Below are positions 54,221-64,000 of a stretch of DNA of 64,000 nt, piece by piece. Below the pieces are notes generated by a model that saw only the letters and a program-made list of their open reading frames with translations, had not been told where the DNA came from and made no database searches. Source of the DNA: Ilumatobacteraceae bacterium (lineage in GTDB: Bacteria > Actinomycetota > Acidimicrobiia > Acidimicrobiales > Ilumatobacteraceae); contig JBIIDH010000001.1 in the NCBI GenBank assembly GCA_044238435.1, positions 5,101-69,100 of the forward strand. The letters run 5' to 3'. The position numbers and the translations under genes were made by a program. Every line of letters begins with the position of its first letter. Positions within the stretch are counted from its first letter, which is position 1.

Positions 54221-55579
54221 TCAGAGCGACGCGATGAGCTTCTCGACCCGCTCGTCGCGGCTCTTGAACGGGTCTTTGCACAGCACGGTGCGCTGGGCCT
54301 GGTCGTTGAGCTTCAGGTGCACCCAGTCGACGGTGTAGTCGCGCTTGCGTTCCTTCGCCTTCTTGATGAACTCGCCACGCAGTCGGGCGCGTGTGGTCTG
54401 CGGTGGCACGTCGACGGCGGTGTCGATGTCGGCGTCGGCGCACACCCGCTCGACCAGCCCGCGGTCCTGCAGTTTGTAGAACGGGCTGCGTGCCCGACTG
54501 ATGTCGTGGTACTGCAGGTCGAGCAGCTGCACCCGGGCATCGCCGAGCGTGAGGTCGTGACGGGCACGGAATGCCTCGATGAGCCGGTACTTGATGACCC
54601 AGTCGACCTCGCGGTCGAGCTTCAGCGGGTCGTTCTCGATGGTGGTGATGCAGTGTTCCCACATCTCGAGTGCCCGCTGTTCGAGCGGAGGGAACCCCTT
54701 GGTGTCGGCATAGCGCAGTGCCCGGTCGAGGTACTCGCGCTGGATGTCGAGCGCGCTGACCTCGCGGCCGTTGGCCAGGCGCACCCGGCGGCGACAGGTC
54801 ATGTCGTGGCTGATGTCGCGGATGGCCCGGATGGGGTTCTCGAGCGTCATGTCGCGTAGCACCACCGACGGGTCCTCGAGCATGCGCAGCATGCACGCCG
54901 CCGCGCCCACCTTCACGAAGGTGGAGTACTCGCTCATGTTCGAGTCGCCGACGATGACGTGCAGGCGCCGGTAGCGCTCGGCGTCGGCGTGGGGTTCGTC
55001 GCGGGTGTTGATGATGGGCCGGCTGCGGGTGGTGGCGCTCGACACTCCCTCCCAGATGTGTTCGGCGCGCTGGGCGATGGAGTACAGCGGCCCTCGCGCG
55101 GTCTGGAGCACCTTGCCCGCACCCGTGTAGATCTGGCGGCTGACGAGGAACGGAATGAGCACCTCGGCGTAGTGGCCCAGTTCGTCGTCGCGGCTGGTGA
55201 GGTAGTTCTCGTGGCAGCCATAGCTGTTGCCCGCCGAGTCGGTGTTGTTCTTGAACAGGTACACCGTGCCGCGGATGCCCTCTTCGCGCAGACGTTGTTC
55301 GGCGCTCTCGAGCAGGCTCTCGAGGATCCGCTCGCCTGCCTTGTCGTGCACCACGACGTCGTAGATGCTGTCGCACTCGGGCGTCGCGTACTCGGGGTGC
55401 GAGCCCACGTCGAGGTACAGCCGGGCGCCGTTCTGCAGGAACACGTTGCTGCTGCGCCCCCAGCTGACCACCTTCCGGAACAGGTAACGAGCCACCTCGT
55501 CGGGGCTGAGGCGCCGCTGGCCACGCAGGGTGCACGTGACGCCGTACTCGTTCTCGAGCCCGAAGATGCGCCGTTCCAT
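54221..55579 (-). CDS. pafA: Pup--protein ligase
   Basis: Start [13 protein letters not shown]. It shares [11 protein letters not shown] and …[28 protein letters not shown]… with Dop but lacks the Dop insertion. 453 aa. Confidence 0.85.
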   Translation of the reverse strand: MERRIFGLENEYGVTCTLRGQRRLSPDEVARYLFRKVVSWGRSSNVFLQNGARLYLDVGSHPEYATPECDSIYDVVVHDKAGERILESLLESAEQRLREEGIRGTVYLFKNNTDSAGNSYGCHENYLTSRDDELGHYAEVLIPFLVSRQIYTGAGKVLQTARGPLYSIAQRAEHIWEGVSSATTRSRPIINTRDEPHADAERYRRLHVIVGDSNMSEYSTFVKVGAAACMLRMLEDPSVVLRDMTLENPIRAIRDISHDMTCRRRVRLANGREVSALDIQREYLDRALRYADTKGFPPLEQRALEMWEHCITTIENDPLKLDREVDWVIKYRLIEAFRARHDLTLGDARVQLLDLQYHDISRARSPFYKLQDRGLVERVCADADIDTAVDVPPQTTRARLRGEFIKKAKERKRDYTVDWVHLKLNDQAQRTVLCKDPFKSRDERVEKLIASL

Positions 55580-55630
55580 CTCCGACAACCTAGCCCCGCT
55601 CGGCACCGAGGCGCCCCCGTGGCTCGGTGA

Positions 55631-56449
55631 TCAGCGTGCCGCGACGAACCGGATCGTGCTGCCGGGTGGTGCCTGCGCGACCACCTCGAGATCGGCCCGG
55701 TCGACGACGGCGACCACCGGATAGCCACCGGTGACTGGATGATCGGCCAGCATCACGATGGGACGGCCGTCGGGCGGCACCTGCACGGCACCCTCGATGA
55801 GACCCTCGGAGGGCAACTCGCCGCGTCCCGCGGTGCGGATGGCGGGCCCGGCGAGCCGCACCCCCACTCGGTCGCTGTCGACACCCACGGTGAACCGGCT
55901 CGAGGTGAGCGTGGCCCAGGCCCCCGGCTCGAACCAGTCGAGACGCGGTCCGGGCCACAGCCGCACGGGCCGGTCGAGGGCTCGCGGGACGGCCGCCACC
56001 GGCGAGGGTTCGCTCACGACGGTCAGATCGGCCAGCCAGACACCATCGGCGAGTGACCAGGAGCGGGCCCCGCCGCGCACCGACAGGTACACGCGGGCAC
56101 CGCCGCGCAGGCGCCCGATCCGCACGACGGCACCCGGCGGGAGCGCGGTGGCCACTCCCCAGCCGAGCGGCGGGCCGCCCGACACCTCGAGGTCGACCTG
56201 ACTGCCCGTCACCGCCACCAGCACCGCCCGCTCGGCACGGACGACGAGCCCGCCCGAGGTCTCGAACGCCGGAGCATCGGCCGTGTTCCCCACCAAACGG
56301 TTGGCGAGGCGCAGGGCCTCACGATCGACCGCCCCTCCCCTGCTGCGTCCGAGGTGCGCCAGGCCGGTGCGGCCGCCGTCGCAGAGTGAGGTGGCGATTC
56401 CCGCACGCTCGACGATGAGGTGCGGCGATGCATCGCCCTGAGTGCTCAT
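55631..56449 (-). CDS. pxpC: 5-oxoprolinase subunit C / KipA-like (biotin-independent carboxyltransferase family)
   Basis: Start MSTQGDASPHLIVERAGIATSL. Allophanate-hydrolase-subunit-2 family architecture. It overlaps pxpB by 4 nt. Confidence 0.7.
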   Translation of the reverse strand: MSTQGDASPHLIVERAGIATSLCDGGRTGLAHLGRSRGGAVDREALRLANRLVGNTADAPAFETSGGLVVRAERAVLVAVTGSQVDLEVSGGPPLGWGVATALPPGAVVRIGRLRGGARVYLSVRGGARSWSLADGVWLADLTVVSEPSPVAAVPRALDRPVRLWPGPRLDWFEPGAWATLTSSRFTVGVDSDRVGVRLAGPAIRTAGRGELPSEGLIEGAVQVPPDGRPIVMLADHPVTGGYPVVAVVDRADLEVVAQAPPGSTIRFVAAR

Positions 56450-57081
56450 CGGGCCTCGAACCGCACGCGCATCCCAGGGACCAACAGGGCGGGCGCGTGG
56501 CGCGATTCGTCCCACAGCACCAGGTCGGTGGTGCCGAGCAGATGCCAACCGCCGGGACTGGGTGAGGGGTACACGGCAGAGAACTCGGCCGCCATCGCCA
56601 CCGAGCCCGCAGGCACGCGCGTCCGCGGTGTGCTGCGACGCGGGAGCTGCAATTCGGGCGGCAGGCCCAGCAGGTAGGCGAACCCGGGCATGAACCCGCA
56701 GAACCCGACCCGGTACTCGGCTGAGCAGTGCAATGCCACGACCTCGGCCTCGCTCCGACCGGTGCGCACCGCCACCTCGGCCAGATCGACGCCGTCGTAT
56801 CGAACGGGCACCGTCACCAGTGGACCCGCGTGCTGCGGTGCCGGACCGGTGTCGACGAGCGCCGCTTCAACGGCGCTGCGGTCGGCGCCGTCGACGACCC
56901 TGCGATCGTCGAACACGACCAGGACGGTTCGCATGGCCGGCACCACCTCCACCACACCGGGCAACGCGAGGTCGCGCACACGCTGGGCCACCGCCAACAC
57001 GGTGTCGAGGTCGTCGTACTCGGCCAGCACGGCACCCGGCCCGTAGGGCATCAACCGAACCGGAGCGGCCGATGCCGTCAC
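56446..57081 (-). CDS. pxpB: 5-oxoprolinase subunit B / KipI-like
   Basis: About 211 aa from GTG. …VRLMPYGPGAVLAEYDD…CGFMPGFAYL… is the KipI family signature. Confidence 0.7.
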   Translation of the reverse strand: MTASAAPVRLMPYGPGAVLAEYDDLDTVLAVAQRVRDLALPGVVEVVPAMRTVLVVFDDRRVVDGADRSAVEAALVDTGPAPQHAGPLVTVPVRYDGVDLAEVAVRTGRSEAEVVALHCSAEYRVGFCGFMPGFAYLLGLPPELQLPRRSTPRTRVPAGSVAMAAEFSAVYPSPSPGGWHLLGTTDLVLWDESRHAPALLVPGMRVRFEAR

Positions 57082-57085
57082 GATG

Positions 57086-57808
57086 TCACCCGACGAACGG
57101 TGCGACGACGGCTCCGACGCCTTCGAGCGCTCGCCGCGCCGCCTGCGCCAACGCAGCCGCTCCCGGGGTGTCGCTGTGCACGCAGATCGACTCGACCCGC
57201 CAGGTGAGCAGTTCGACAGCCTGTTCGGCGACTGCCGCGGCGTCGGTGAGGAGCGCCCCCGGCTGCCCACGGGGCACCAACCGGCCGTCGGTGTCGTAGC
57301 CACGGTCGGCGAAGCCCTCCAGCACGTAGCGCAACCCGCGGGCAACGGCGTGGTGCTCGATCGCTGCGTTCGCCATGCCGAGGATCGGCAGCGAGGGGTC
57401 GACGGCGTGCACAGCGGCGGCAACCGCCTCGGCCTGGGCCTCGTGCTGCAGCACGGCGTGGTACAGCGCCCCGTGCGGTTTCACGTAGGCCACCCGACCA
57501 CCCTCCACCCGGGCGAGCGCGTCGAGGGCACCGATCTGGTACACCACGGCATCGGCGAGCTCGTGCGGGTCGATGTCGATGAAGCGACGTCCGAAGCCGA
57601 CCAGATCGGGGTACGCGACCTGGGCGCCGACGGCCACACCGTGACGAACCGCAGCGGCACAGGTGCGCCGGATGGTGGACGGGTCGCCGGCGTGGAAGCC
57701 GCAGGCCACGTTGGCCGAGGTGATGATGCCCATCAGGGCGTCGTCGTCGCCGAGGGTCCACCGACCGAAGCTCTCGCCGACATCGGCGTTGAGGTCGATC
57801 GGCCGCAT
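57086..57808 (-). CDS. pxpA: 5-oxoprolinase subunit A (LamB/YcsF family)
   Basis: [43 protein letters not shown] is the canonical LamB/YcsF N-terminus. Confidence 0.85.
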   Translation of the reverse strand: MRPIDLNADVGESFGRWTLGDDDALMGIITSANVACGFHAGDPSTIRRTCAAAVRHGVAVGAQVAYPDLVGFGRRFIDIDPHELADAVVYQIGALDALARVEGGRVAYVKPHGALYHAVLQHEAQAEAVAAAVHAVDPSLPILGMANAAIEHHAVARGLRYVLEGFADRGYDTDGRLVPRGQPGALLTDAAAVAEQAVELLTWRVESICVHSDTPGAAALAQAARRALEGVGAVVAPFVG

Positions 57809-57810
57809 CG

Positions 57811-58491
57811 TCAGCCTGCCAAGAGCGCCGCGACCTCGTCGTCGGCGAGCCGCCGGAAGCAGCGCCGCCCGTTGCTGCGGGCCAGCACCGCCACCTCGAG
57901 GTCTTCCGCCTTCAGCGTGCGGTCGGGCCCGCTGAGGGCGCTGGTGGCGGCACCGATGGCCGCACCGAGCGACATGCCCTCGTGGTCGAGCTCACGGAGT
58001 CGACCGGTGATCGACTCGGCATCGCCACCGAGCACGCTGAACTGCCGCTCGTCCATCACGGTGCCGTCGTAGAGGATGTGGAACAGCTGGTCGTCGGCCC
58101 CGTCGGCGCCCACCTCGGCCACGAGGATCTCGACCTCCATCGGCTTCATCTCGTGGGTGAAGATCTGGCCGAGGATCTGCGCGTACTGGTTGGCCAGGCT
58201 GCGCGCGTCGACGTCGTCGCGCGAGTACTGGAAGCCCTTCAGGTCGGCGGCGCGCACACCGGCGACGCGGAGCTGGTCGAACTCGTTGTACTTGCCCACC
58301 CCGGCGAAGGCGATGCGGTCGTAGATCTCGCTGATCTTGCGCAGTGTGTTCGACGGGTTCTCGGCGACGAGGGCGATGCCGTCGACATAGCGAACGGCCA
58401 CGAGCGCACGGCCGCGGGCGATGCCCTTGCGGGCGTAGTCGGCCCGGTCCTTCATCACCTGCTCGGGAGCGACGTAGAAGGGCATGCTCAT
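57811..58491 (-). CDS. prcA: 20S proteasome alpha subunit
   Basis: 226 aa from [24 protein letters not shown]…, with a bacterial PrcA-like N-terminus. Its ATG overlaps the prcB stop (ATGA). Confidence 0.85.
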   Translation of the reverse strand: MSMPFYVAPEQVMKDRADYARKGIARGRALVAVRYVDGIALVAENPSNTLRKISEIYDRIAFAGVGKYNEFDQLRVAGVRAADLKGFQYSRDDVDARSLANQYAQILGQIFTHEMKPMEVEILVAEVGADGADDQLFHILYDGTVMDERQFSVLGGDAESITGRLRELDHEGMSLGAAIGAATSALSGPDRTLKAEDLEVAVLARSNGRRCFRRLADDEVAALLAG

Positions 58492-59279
58492 CGGTTGCGC
58501 ACCTCCGCGACGATCGCTTCGTACCGCGCGGCGAGGTCGGCGTCGGCGAGACGCTGCCAGCCGTCGGCGGTGATGGTTGCCACCACCGGGTAGATGCCAC
58601 GAAGGGCATCGGGCCCACCGGTGGCCGAGTCGGCGTCGGCGGCCTCCCACAGTGCGGTGCAGGCCAGCTTCACCGCCTCGTCGCGGCTGAGGCCATCGCG
58701 GTAGCCCACCTTCACGACGGTGCCGGCGTGCAGGCTGCCCGATCCGGTGGCCGAGTACTCGCTCTCCTCGTAGCGACCACCGGTGACGTCGTAACTCCAC
58801 AGCCGGCCCACACCGCGGCGGGTGTCGAACCCGGCGAAGAGGGGCACCACCACCATGCCCTGCATGGCCGCGGGCAGGTTGCCGCGCACCATCATCGACA
58901 GCTGGTTGGCCTTGCCCTCGAGGCTCAGCGACGAGCCCTCGACCTTCTCGTAGTGCTCGAGCTGCAGAGTGAACAGCTTGATCATCTCCATCGCCGGCCC
59001 GGCGGCGCCGGCAATGGCCACACCGCTGTGGCGGTCGGCCTGCACCACCTTCTCCATGCCGCGGTGGCTGATGAGGTTGCCGCTGGTGGCCCGACGGTCG
59101 CCCGCCATCACCACACCGTCGGCGAACCGAAGTGCCACGCACGTGGTGGCATGGGGCACGGTGAGCGCACCGGCGCCCAGCGAGGCATCGGCTGCAGGCG
59201 GCCACGCACCGATGCGGCGCAGCAGTTCCGGGAAGCTCGCGCCGGGGTCGTCGCCCGGCTGGAAGAACGGCATCGCCAT
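58488..59279 (-). CDS. prcB: 20S proteasome beta subunit (with propeptide)
   Basis: 263 aa. A propeptide is followed by TTCVALRFADGVVMAGDRRAT (catalytic Thr after the HATT cleavage site). Confidence 0.9.
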   Translation of the reverse strand: MAMPFFQPGDDPGASFPELLRRIGAWPPAADASLGAGALTVPHATTCVALRFADGVVMAGDRRATSGNLISHRGMEKVVQADRHSGVAIAGAAGPAMEMIKLFTLQLEHYEKVEGSSLSLEGKANQLSMMVRGNLPAAMQGMVVVPLFAGFDTRRGVGRLWSYDVTGGRYEESEYSATGSGSLHAGTVVKVGYRDGLSRDEAVKLACTALWEAADADSATGGPDALRGIYPVVATITADGWQRLADADLAARYEAIVAEVRNR

Positions 59280-59284
59280 CGCGA

Positions 59285-59479
59285 CTACTCGCCGCCCTTC
59301 TGGACGTACGACTTCACGAAGTCCTCGGCATTGGTCTCGAGCACGTCGTCGATCTCGTCGAGCAGGTCGTCGAGTTCGGCCCGCAACTTGTCGCCGGTGG
59401 CCGTCGATGCCAGAGCATCGACCACCTCGTCGTCGGTGCGGGCCGGTGCGGGCTTCTGCTTGTGGGTGCGCTCTGCCAT
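59285..59479 (-). CDS. pup: prokaryotic ubiquitin-like protein Pup (C-terminal GGE)
   Basis: 64 aa from MAERTHKQKP…DDLLDEIDDVLETNAEDFVKSYVQKGGE. The ORF-track upstream 25 aa are spurious. Confidence 0.9.
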   Translation of the reverse strand: MAERTHKQKPAPARTDDEVVDALASTATGDKLRAELDDLLDEIDDVLETNAEDFVKSYVQKGGE

Positions 59480-59507
59480 CGGATCGGGTCTCCTGGTCGG
59501 AACTGGC

Positions 59508-61019
59508 TCAGGTGTCGAGGCGGGCGAGCAGGTCGGCCGCCGTGTCACTTCCATCGATCAACCTAGCCACGTGATGACGGGTGCCGCGCAGCGGTTCCAT
59601 CATCGGTACGCGGCGCAGGGGGTCGCGGCCGACGTCGAACACCAGCGAATCCCAGTTCGCAGCCACGATCTCGTTCGGCCACTTGGCCAGGCAGCGCCCC
59701 CGGAAATAGGCGCGGGTGGTGTCGGGGGGCTCGGTCATCGATCGGGCGACCTCGTCGTCGGACACCACGGTGGCCAGACCCACCCGGCGGGCAAGGCACT
59801 TGTCGGGCCGCATGTCGTGGTACTGCAGGTCGAGCGCCTTCAGGCGTGCATCGCCGGCGCGCAGACCGTGTCGCTCGGCGAAACCCTGCACCACGCGGCG
59901 CTTGGCCACCCAGTCGACCAGGTGGGCGACCTCGTCGGGGTCGCGTTCCAGGCCGGTCAGCACGGTCTCCCACAGGTCGAGCACCTGCTCGCCCACCTCG
60001 ACGCCAACCGCCTCGAGGCCGTGCGTCCCTGCGTAGCGGCGGGCCTGCTGGTACATCCCCCACTGCACCTCGAGCGCCGTGGCCCGACGGCCCGAGCGGA
60101 GCAGGACGGTGCGCTGCAGGGTGGGGTCGTGGCTCACCTGACGGATGGCGCCCACCGGGTTGGCGAGCAACCACTCGTCGCCGAGGACGTCGTCTTCGAT
60201 CATGGCGAGCACGATGGCGGTGGCGCCCACCTTCACCAGCGTGGCGCTCTCGCTCATGTTGGCATCGCCCACGATGACGTGCAGGCGCCGGTACTTCGTG
60301 GCGTCGCAGTGCGGCTCGTCGCGGGTGTTCACGATGGGTCGCTTCAGCGTGGTCTCGAGGCCGACCTCCTCCTCGAAGAAATCGGCGCGCTGGCTGATCT
60401 GGTACGGCACCTGGTCGGCGCCCACACCGGGCAGTTCGCAGCCCACCTTGCCCGCACCCACCACGATCTGGCGGGTGACGAAGTGCGGGGTGATCTGGGC
60501 CACCAGACGCCCGAACGGCACCTCACGGGCGAGCAGGTAGTTCTCGTGGCAGCCGTAGCTGTTGCCCTTGCCGTCGGAGTTGTTCTTGTGACACAACACC
60601 TCGGCGCCCTCGGGCAGCAGGGCGCGTGCCGCCTCCATGCTGGCGGCGATGATGGCCTCGGCGGCCCGATCGAAGCGCACCACCTCGAGGGCATCGCGAC
60701 ACTCGGGGGTGGAGATCTCGGGGTGGGCGTGGTCGACGTAGTAGCGGGCGCCGTTGGTGAGCACGGCGTTCACCAGATGGCTCTCGATCTCGGGGACGAA
60801 CATGTCGTCGAGGCTGAAGCCGCGGGCGTCGCGGCCGGGGTGTTCGTCCTGGTAGTCCCATCCAGCACGCAGCGAGGGGCTCGACGGGTCGACGCCGCGG
60901 GCTGTGCTGGAGAGGTAGGCGTTGATCAGCAGCGACGACGCCAGTACCGGGTTGTTGTCGGCGCCGCGCACCAGGATCCCGTACTCGGTCTCGATGCCGC
61001 AGACCTTCGGGATCGCCAT
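59508..61019 (-). CDS. dop: Pup deamidase/depupylase
   Basis: 503 aa. [25 protein letters not shown], the Dop-specific insertion relative to PafA, and its position adjacent to pup. Confidence 0.85.
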   Translation of the reverse strand: MAIPKVCGIETEYGILVRGADNNPVLASSLLINAYLSSTARGVDPSSPSLRAGWDYQDEHPGRDARGFSLDDMFVPEIESHLVNAVLTNGARYYVDHAHPEISTPECRDALEVVRFDRAAEAIIAASMEAARALLPEGAEVLCHKNNSDGKGNSYGCHENYLLAREVPFGRLVAQITPHFVTRQIVVGAGKVGCELPGVGADQVPYQISQRADFFEEEVGLETTLKRPIVNTRDEPHCDATKYRRLHVIVGDANMSESATLVKVGATAIVLAMIEDDVLGDEWLLANPVGAIRQVSHDPTLQRTVLLRSGRRATALEVQWGMYQQARRYAGTHGLEAVGVEVGEQVLDLWETVLTGLERDPDEVAHLVDWVAKRRVVQGFAERHGLRAGDARLKALDLQYHDMRPDKCLARRVGLATVVSDDEVARSMTEPPDTTRAYFRGRCLAKWPNEIVAANWDSLVFDVGRDPLRRVPMMEPLRGTRHHVARLIDGSDTAADLLARLDT

Positions 61020-61075
61020 GACGGAACCCTATCGGCCGAACAGTTGCAGCGCAGCGGCCCTCTCGGAGCCGCTGA

Positions 61076-62788
61076 TCACAGGTACTGCCCGGTGCCCACC
61101 CGTTCGATGGCACGACCCCCCGAGCGGTCTGCCTCGGCCCGGCCCGACACCAGGGTGCGGATGAACACGATGCGCTCGCCCTTCTTGCCCGAGATCTTCG
61201 CCCAGTCGTCGGGGTTGGTGGTGTTGGGCAGGTCTTCGTGCTCCTTGTACTCCTGCTTGATCGAGTCGATCAGGTCCTGGGTGCACACGCCGCGCGGACC
61301 GCCGGCGATGACCCGCTTGATGGCCAGCTTCTTTGCCCTTCGCACGATGTTCTCGATCATCGCACCCGACGAGAAGTCCTTGTAGTACAGGATCTCCTTG
61401 TCGCCGTTCTGGTAGGTCACCTCGAGGAACTGGTTGGCCTCGTCGTCGCGGTACATCTCGGCCACGGTGGCATCGATCATGGACGGGATCTGTTCGCCCG
61501 CCGCGATGGGGATGTCGTCGGTGAGGTACTGGGCGAAGATCTGGCGCGCCGCGCCGGCGTCGGGGCGCTCGATCTTGATCTTCACGTCGAGGCGGCCGGG
61601 GCGCAGGATGGCCGGGTCGATGAGGTCTTCGCGGTTGGTGGCGCCGATGACGATGACGTTGCGCAGGCCCTCGACGCCGTCGATCTCGGCCAGCAACTGC
61701 GGCACGATGGTGCTCTCCATGTCGGAGCTGATACCCGAGCCGCGGGTGCGGAACATCGAGTCCATCTCGTCGAAGAAGACGATGACCGGCCAGCCCTCCT
61801 CGCTCTTCTCACGCGCCCGCTGGAACACGAGGCGGATCTGACGCTCGGTCTCGCCGACGTACTTGTTCAGCAGTTCGGGGCCCTTGATGTTGATGAAGTA
61901 GCTGCGGCCCTTCTCGCCACCGGTCTTCTCGGCCACCTTGGTGGCGAGTGAGTTGGCCACCGCCTTCGCGATGAGGGTCTTGCCGCAGCCCGGCGGGCCG
62001 TACAGCAAGATGCCCTTCGGCGCCGGCAACTGGTGCTCGGCGAACAGCTCGGCATACAGGAACGGCAGTTCCACGGCGTCGGCGATCTGTTCGATCTGTG
62101 CGTCGAGACCGCCGATGTCGGCGTAGCCGATGTCGGGCACCTCCTCCAGCAACAGGTCTTCCACCTCGGGCCGCGGCAACCGTTCGAGCAGCAGGTTGGT
62201 GCGGGTGTCGAGGCGCATCGTGTCGCCCGCTCGCAGGTGCATGCCGCGCACGCTGTCGGCCAGCTCGCATACGCGCTCTTCGTCGGCCCGCCCCACCACC
62301 AGGGCGCGCACACCGTCGTCCATCAGCTCGCGGATGGTGACCACCTCGCCGGTGGCCTCGGGGCTACGGGCCAGCACGACGTTGAAGCTCTCGTTCAGCA
62401 CCACCTCGGCGCCCCGGTCGAGGGTGTCGTGGTCGATGTCGGGGTGAAGGCTGACGCGCATCTTGCGGCCGCTGGTGAGCACGTCGACGGTGCCATCGTC
62501 GTTCTTGCCCACCACCACGCCGTACGCCGAAGGCGGTTGGCTCAGCTTGTCGACCTCGTCGCGTAGCGTGGCGATGTGCTCGCGGGCCTCGCGCAGGGTG
62601 TAGCTGAGCTTCTCGTTCTGCGAGACGGCCTGGGCGAGCTGACCCTTCGTCTCGAGCAGGCGCTCCTCGAGGGCGCGCATCCGCTTCGGCGCGTCGACCA
62701 GCCGGCGACGCAGATCGGCGATCTCCTGCTCGAGCACCAGCACCTGGGCTCGCACGACTTCGGCGCTGTCGTCATCGGCGTGTGCCAT
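61076..62788 (-). CDS. arc: proteasome-associated AAA+ ATPase ARC/Mpa
   Basis: 570 aa with an N-terminal coiled coil, OB domains, Walker A GPPGCGKT, an AAA+ core and the C-terminal GQYL proteasome-docking motif. Confidence 0.9.
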   Translation of the reverse strand: MAHADDDSAEVVRAQVLVLEQEIADLRRRLVDAPKRMRALEERLLETKGQLAQAVSQNEKLSYTLREAREHIATLRDEVDKLSQPPSAYGVVVGKNDDGTVDVLTSGRKMRVSLHPDIDHDTLDRGAEVVLNESFNVVLARSPEATGEVVTIRELMDDGVRALVVGRADEERVCELADSVRGMHLRAGDTMRLDTRTNLLLERLPRPEVEDLLLEEVPDIGYADIGGLDAQIEQIADAVELPFLYAELFAEHQLPAPKGILLYGPPGCGKTLIAKAVANSLATKVAEKTGGEKGRSYFINIKGPELLNKYVGETERQIRLVFQRAREKSEEGWPVIVFFDEMDSMFRTRGSGISSDMESTIVPQLLAEIDGVEGLRNVIVIGATNREDLIDPAILRPGRLDVKIKIERPDAGAARQIFAQYLTDDIPIAAGEQIPSMIDATVAEMYRDDEANQFLEVTYQNGDKEILYYKDFSSGAMIENIVRRAKKLAIKRVIAGGPRGVCTQDLIDSIKQEYKEHEDLPNTTNPDDWAKISGKKGERIVFIRTLVSGRAEADRSGGRAIERVGTGQYL

Positions 62789-62911
62789 GTGGGGAACCTA
62801 CACGCATCATCGAACGACTGTGTAGCGCTAGGTGCAGGGCCACCTGGCCCGGTACACTCGACCCGACCGCCATCACCTGATGGCCCACCGCACGAGGAGA
62901 CTGCAACCGCA

Positions 62912-63157
62912 ATGAAGGTCTGGATCGACCAGGATCTGTGCACCGGCGACGGCCTGTGCGAGGAGATCGCCCCCGATGTCTTCACCCTGCTCGACGATGG
63001 CCTTGCCTACGTCCGAGAAGGCGACAAGATCTTCGCCGCCGCCAAGGGCCTTCCCCAGGGCGCCGAGGGTCTGGCGAACATCCCCGACAACAAGCTCGAC
63101 GGGGTCATCGAGAGCGCCGAGGAGTGCCCCGGCGAGTGCATCTTCATCGAACCCTGA
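62912..63157 (+). CDS. ferredoxin (single-cluster, FdxA/Fer-like)
   Basis: 81 aa. MKVWIDQDLCTGDGLCEEIAPDVF…ECPGECIFIEP, with a CxxGxC…C cluster motif. Confidence 0.8.
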   Translation: MKVWIDQDLCTGDGLCEEIAPDVFTLLDDGLAYVREGDKIFAAAKGLPQGAEGLANIPDNKLDGVIESAEECPGECIFIEP

Positions 63158-63232
63158 TCCGGTTCCACCATCTCAGTCGACGGGGCGCCTGCGGGCGCCC
63201 CGTTGCGCGCCCCGGCACCGGTGGGGGCGACC

Positions 63233-64000
63233 TCAGCCCAGGAACCGGCCGACGGTGAGGAATCCGGTGTGGGCCACCATGCGGTGGTCGGGCCGTACGG
63301 CTGCGCCTTCCACGTGCCAACCACGGTGCAACACCTCGAGCGAACGCAGCCCGGTCCACGCCTTGCCCACCATGGCCTCACGCAACTGCGACACCTGGAT
63401 GATCGACGGGCAGTAGGCCACGAAGATGCCCCCGGGACGGAGCGCCTCCATGGCATGGGGCACCACCTGCCACGGCTCGGGCAGGTCGAGCACCACTCGG
63501 TCGACGTTGCGTTCGTCGATGCCGGCGTAGCAGTCGCGAAGTTCGACCCGGTAGTTCGCCAGCGCTTCCTCGCCGAGGAACGATCGCACGTTGGCGATGG
63601 CGCGATTGGCGAAGTCTTCGCGCAGTTCGTAGCCGACGATGCGGGCGCCCCACCGCAGCATCGTCATGCTCAGCGCGCCCGAACCCACACCACTCTCGAG
63701 CACGGTCACACCGGGGCCGATGTCGGCCAGCATGCAGATGGGGGCCAGATCCTTGGGGTAGATCACCTGGGCCCCACGGGGCATCTCGATGACGAAGTCC
63801 TCGAGGGTGGGACGCAGCGCGATGTACACCGAGTTCTTCGTGGTACGCGCCACCAGGCCCTCGGCACGGTCGACGATGTCGGCGTGCGGGATGAACCCGT
63901 GGTGGCTGTGGAACTCGCCACCCTCGGCCAAGGTGATGAGATAGCGGCGTTGCTTGGTGTCGAGCAGCAGGACCTTGTCGCCGTATCGGAACGGACGGTT
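63233..64000 (-). CDS. trmI: tRNA (adenine-N1)-methyltransferase TrmI (N-terminus runs off the window)
   Basis: The frame continues upstream of the ORF-track start (…RPFRYGDKVLLLDTKQRRYLITLAEGGEFHSHHG…). SAM motif VLESGVGSGALSM. It is adjacent to arc, as in mycobacteria. Confidence 0.8.
   Translation of the reverse strand, partial: NRPFRYGDKVLLLDTKQRRYLITLAEGGEFHSHHGFIPHADIVDRAEGLVARTTKNSVYIALRPTLEDFVIEMPRGAQVIYPKDLAPICMLADIGPGVTVLESGVGSGALSMTMLRWGARIVGYELREDFANRAIANVRSFLGEEALANYRVELRDCYAGIDERNVDRVVLDLPEPWQVVPHAMEALRPGGIFVAYCPSIIQVSQLREAMVGKAWTGLRSLEVLHRGWHVEGAAVRPDHRMVAHTGFLTVGRFLG

Noticed and set aside
54221-61019. Swapping the PafA and Dop assignments
   Set aside because: The 503-aa copy next to pup has the extra internal segment typical of Dop. 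The 453-aa copy lacks it and sits where pafA is found in other actinobacteria. The assignment was kept as annotated.
1-64000. CRISPR arrays, tRNA/rRNA genes, integrase or transposase genes, phage structural genes
   Set aside because: No regular short direct repeats with unique spacers, no cloverleaf-like conserved tRNA motifs and no recombinase-like ORFs were seen. The only tandem repeats are in-frame coding repeats (41300..41500 and the flotillin tail).

Overview
This 64 kb window is uniformly high-GC (roughly 70%) and gene-dense, with ORF content typical of an actinobacterial chromosome: Pup-proteasome genes, a WhiB-family regulator, many GTG starts and ATGA start/stop overlaps. I found no rRNA or tRNA genes, CRISPR arrays, integrases, transposases or other mobile-element signatures. 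The many very long ORFs on the opposite strand (up to 1381 aa) are antisense artefacts of GC-rich codon usage.

The window falls into three parts.

(1) About 1 to 28.1 kb is a dense catabolic island for N-methylated and quaternary amines (betaines). It contains:
- the 3' half of a fused double-ATPase ABC protein;
- heterotetrameric sarcosine oxidase genes in the order soxA-soxG-soxB-soxD, apparently co-transcribed with a Dpp/Opp-type ABC transporter (family-5 substrate-binding protein with a Tat signal, two permeases, fused double ATPase);
- a small Fe(II)/2OG-type oxygenase and a GbcA/Stc2-like Rieske oxygenase;
- an 819-aa dimethylglycine-oxidase/sarcosine-dehydrogenase-type flavoenzyme (FAD domain fused to a GcvT domain), directly preceded by a non-pyrrolysine MttB-superfamily methyltransferase;
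- two tandem enolase-superfamily paralogs, a TetR regulator and a VOC protein;
- a divergent PLP decarboxylase;
- a class-V aminotransferase, amidohydrolase, KshA-like Rieske oxygenase, EamA transporter, FKBP and a second MttB-superfamily methyltransferase.

(2) About 28.1 to 47.7 kb is a mixed region. It holds:
- a signal-peptide protein with a C-terminal polytopic membrane domain;
- a Cys-rich small protein whose start codon lies inside a perfect 18-bp palindrome;
- DUF167 and a 707-aa flotillin;
- an RpiR regulator divergent from a clavaminate-synthase-like (TauD-family) amino-acid hydroxylase plus a threonine-aldolase pair;
- WhiB, an APH-like kinase, an enoyl-CoA hydratase and ribokinase;
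- PrmA, a gamma-carbonic-anhydrase-like hexapeptide protein, a repeat-rich protein and GNAT;
- DUF4193, a double-length ThyX-like protein and an M20 peptidase.

(3) About 47.7 to 64 kb is the conserved actinobacterial housekeeping block: helY-tatC-tatA, a GDPD, lepB and DUF3866, followed by pafA, pxpCBA, prcA, prcB, pup, dop and arc (mpa), then a ferredoxin and trmI (partial at the 3' window edge).

The most interesting signal is the left-hand island. It has two non-Pyl MttB-family methyltransferases, one operonic with a DMGO-type enzyme, and no corrinoid protein or methylcobamide:THF methyltransferase in the window. Together with the Rieske and 2OG oxygenases, tandem HpbD-like enolases and a complete sarcosine oxidase, this looks like an aerobic actinobacterial multi-substrate betaine demethylation system that has not been characterised.

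A second candidate is the hydroxylase plus aldolase pair at 34.2 to 36.3 kb. It follows the logic of the carnitine-biosynthesis steps trimethyllysine hydroxylase and hydroxytrimethyllysine aldolase.

All functional calls are from reading the translated ORFs for family-level motifs. No database searches were run.
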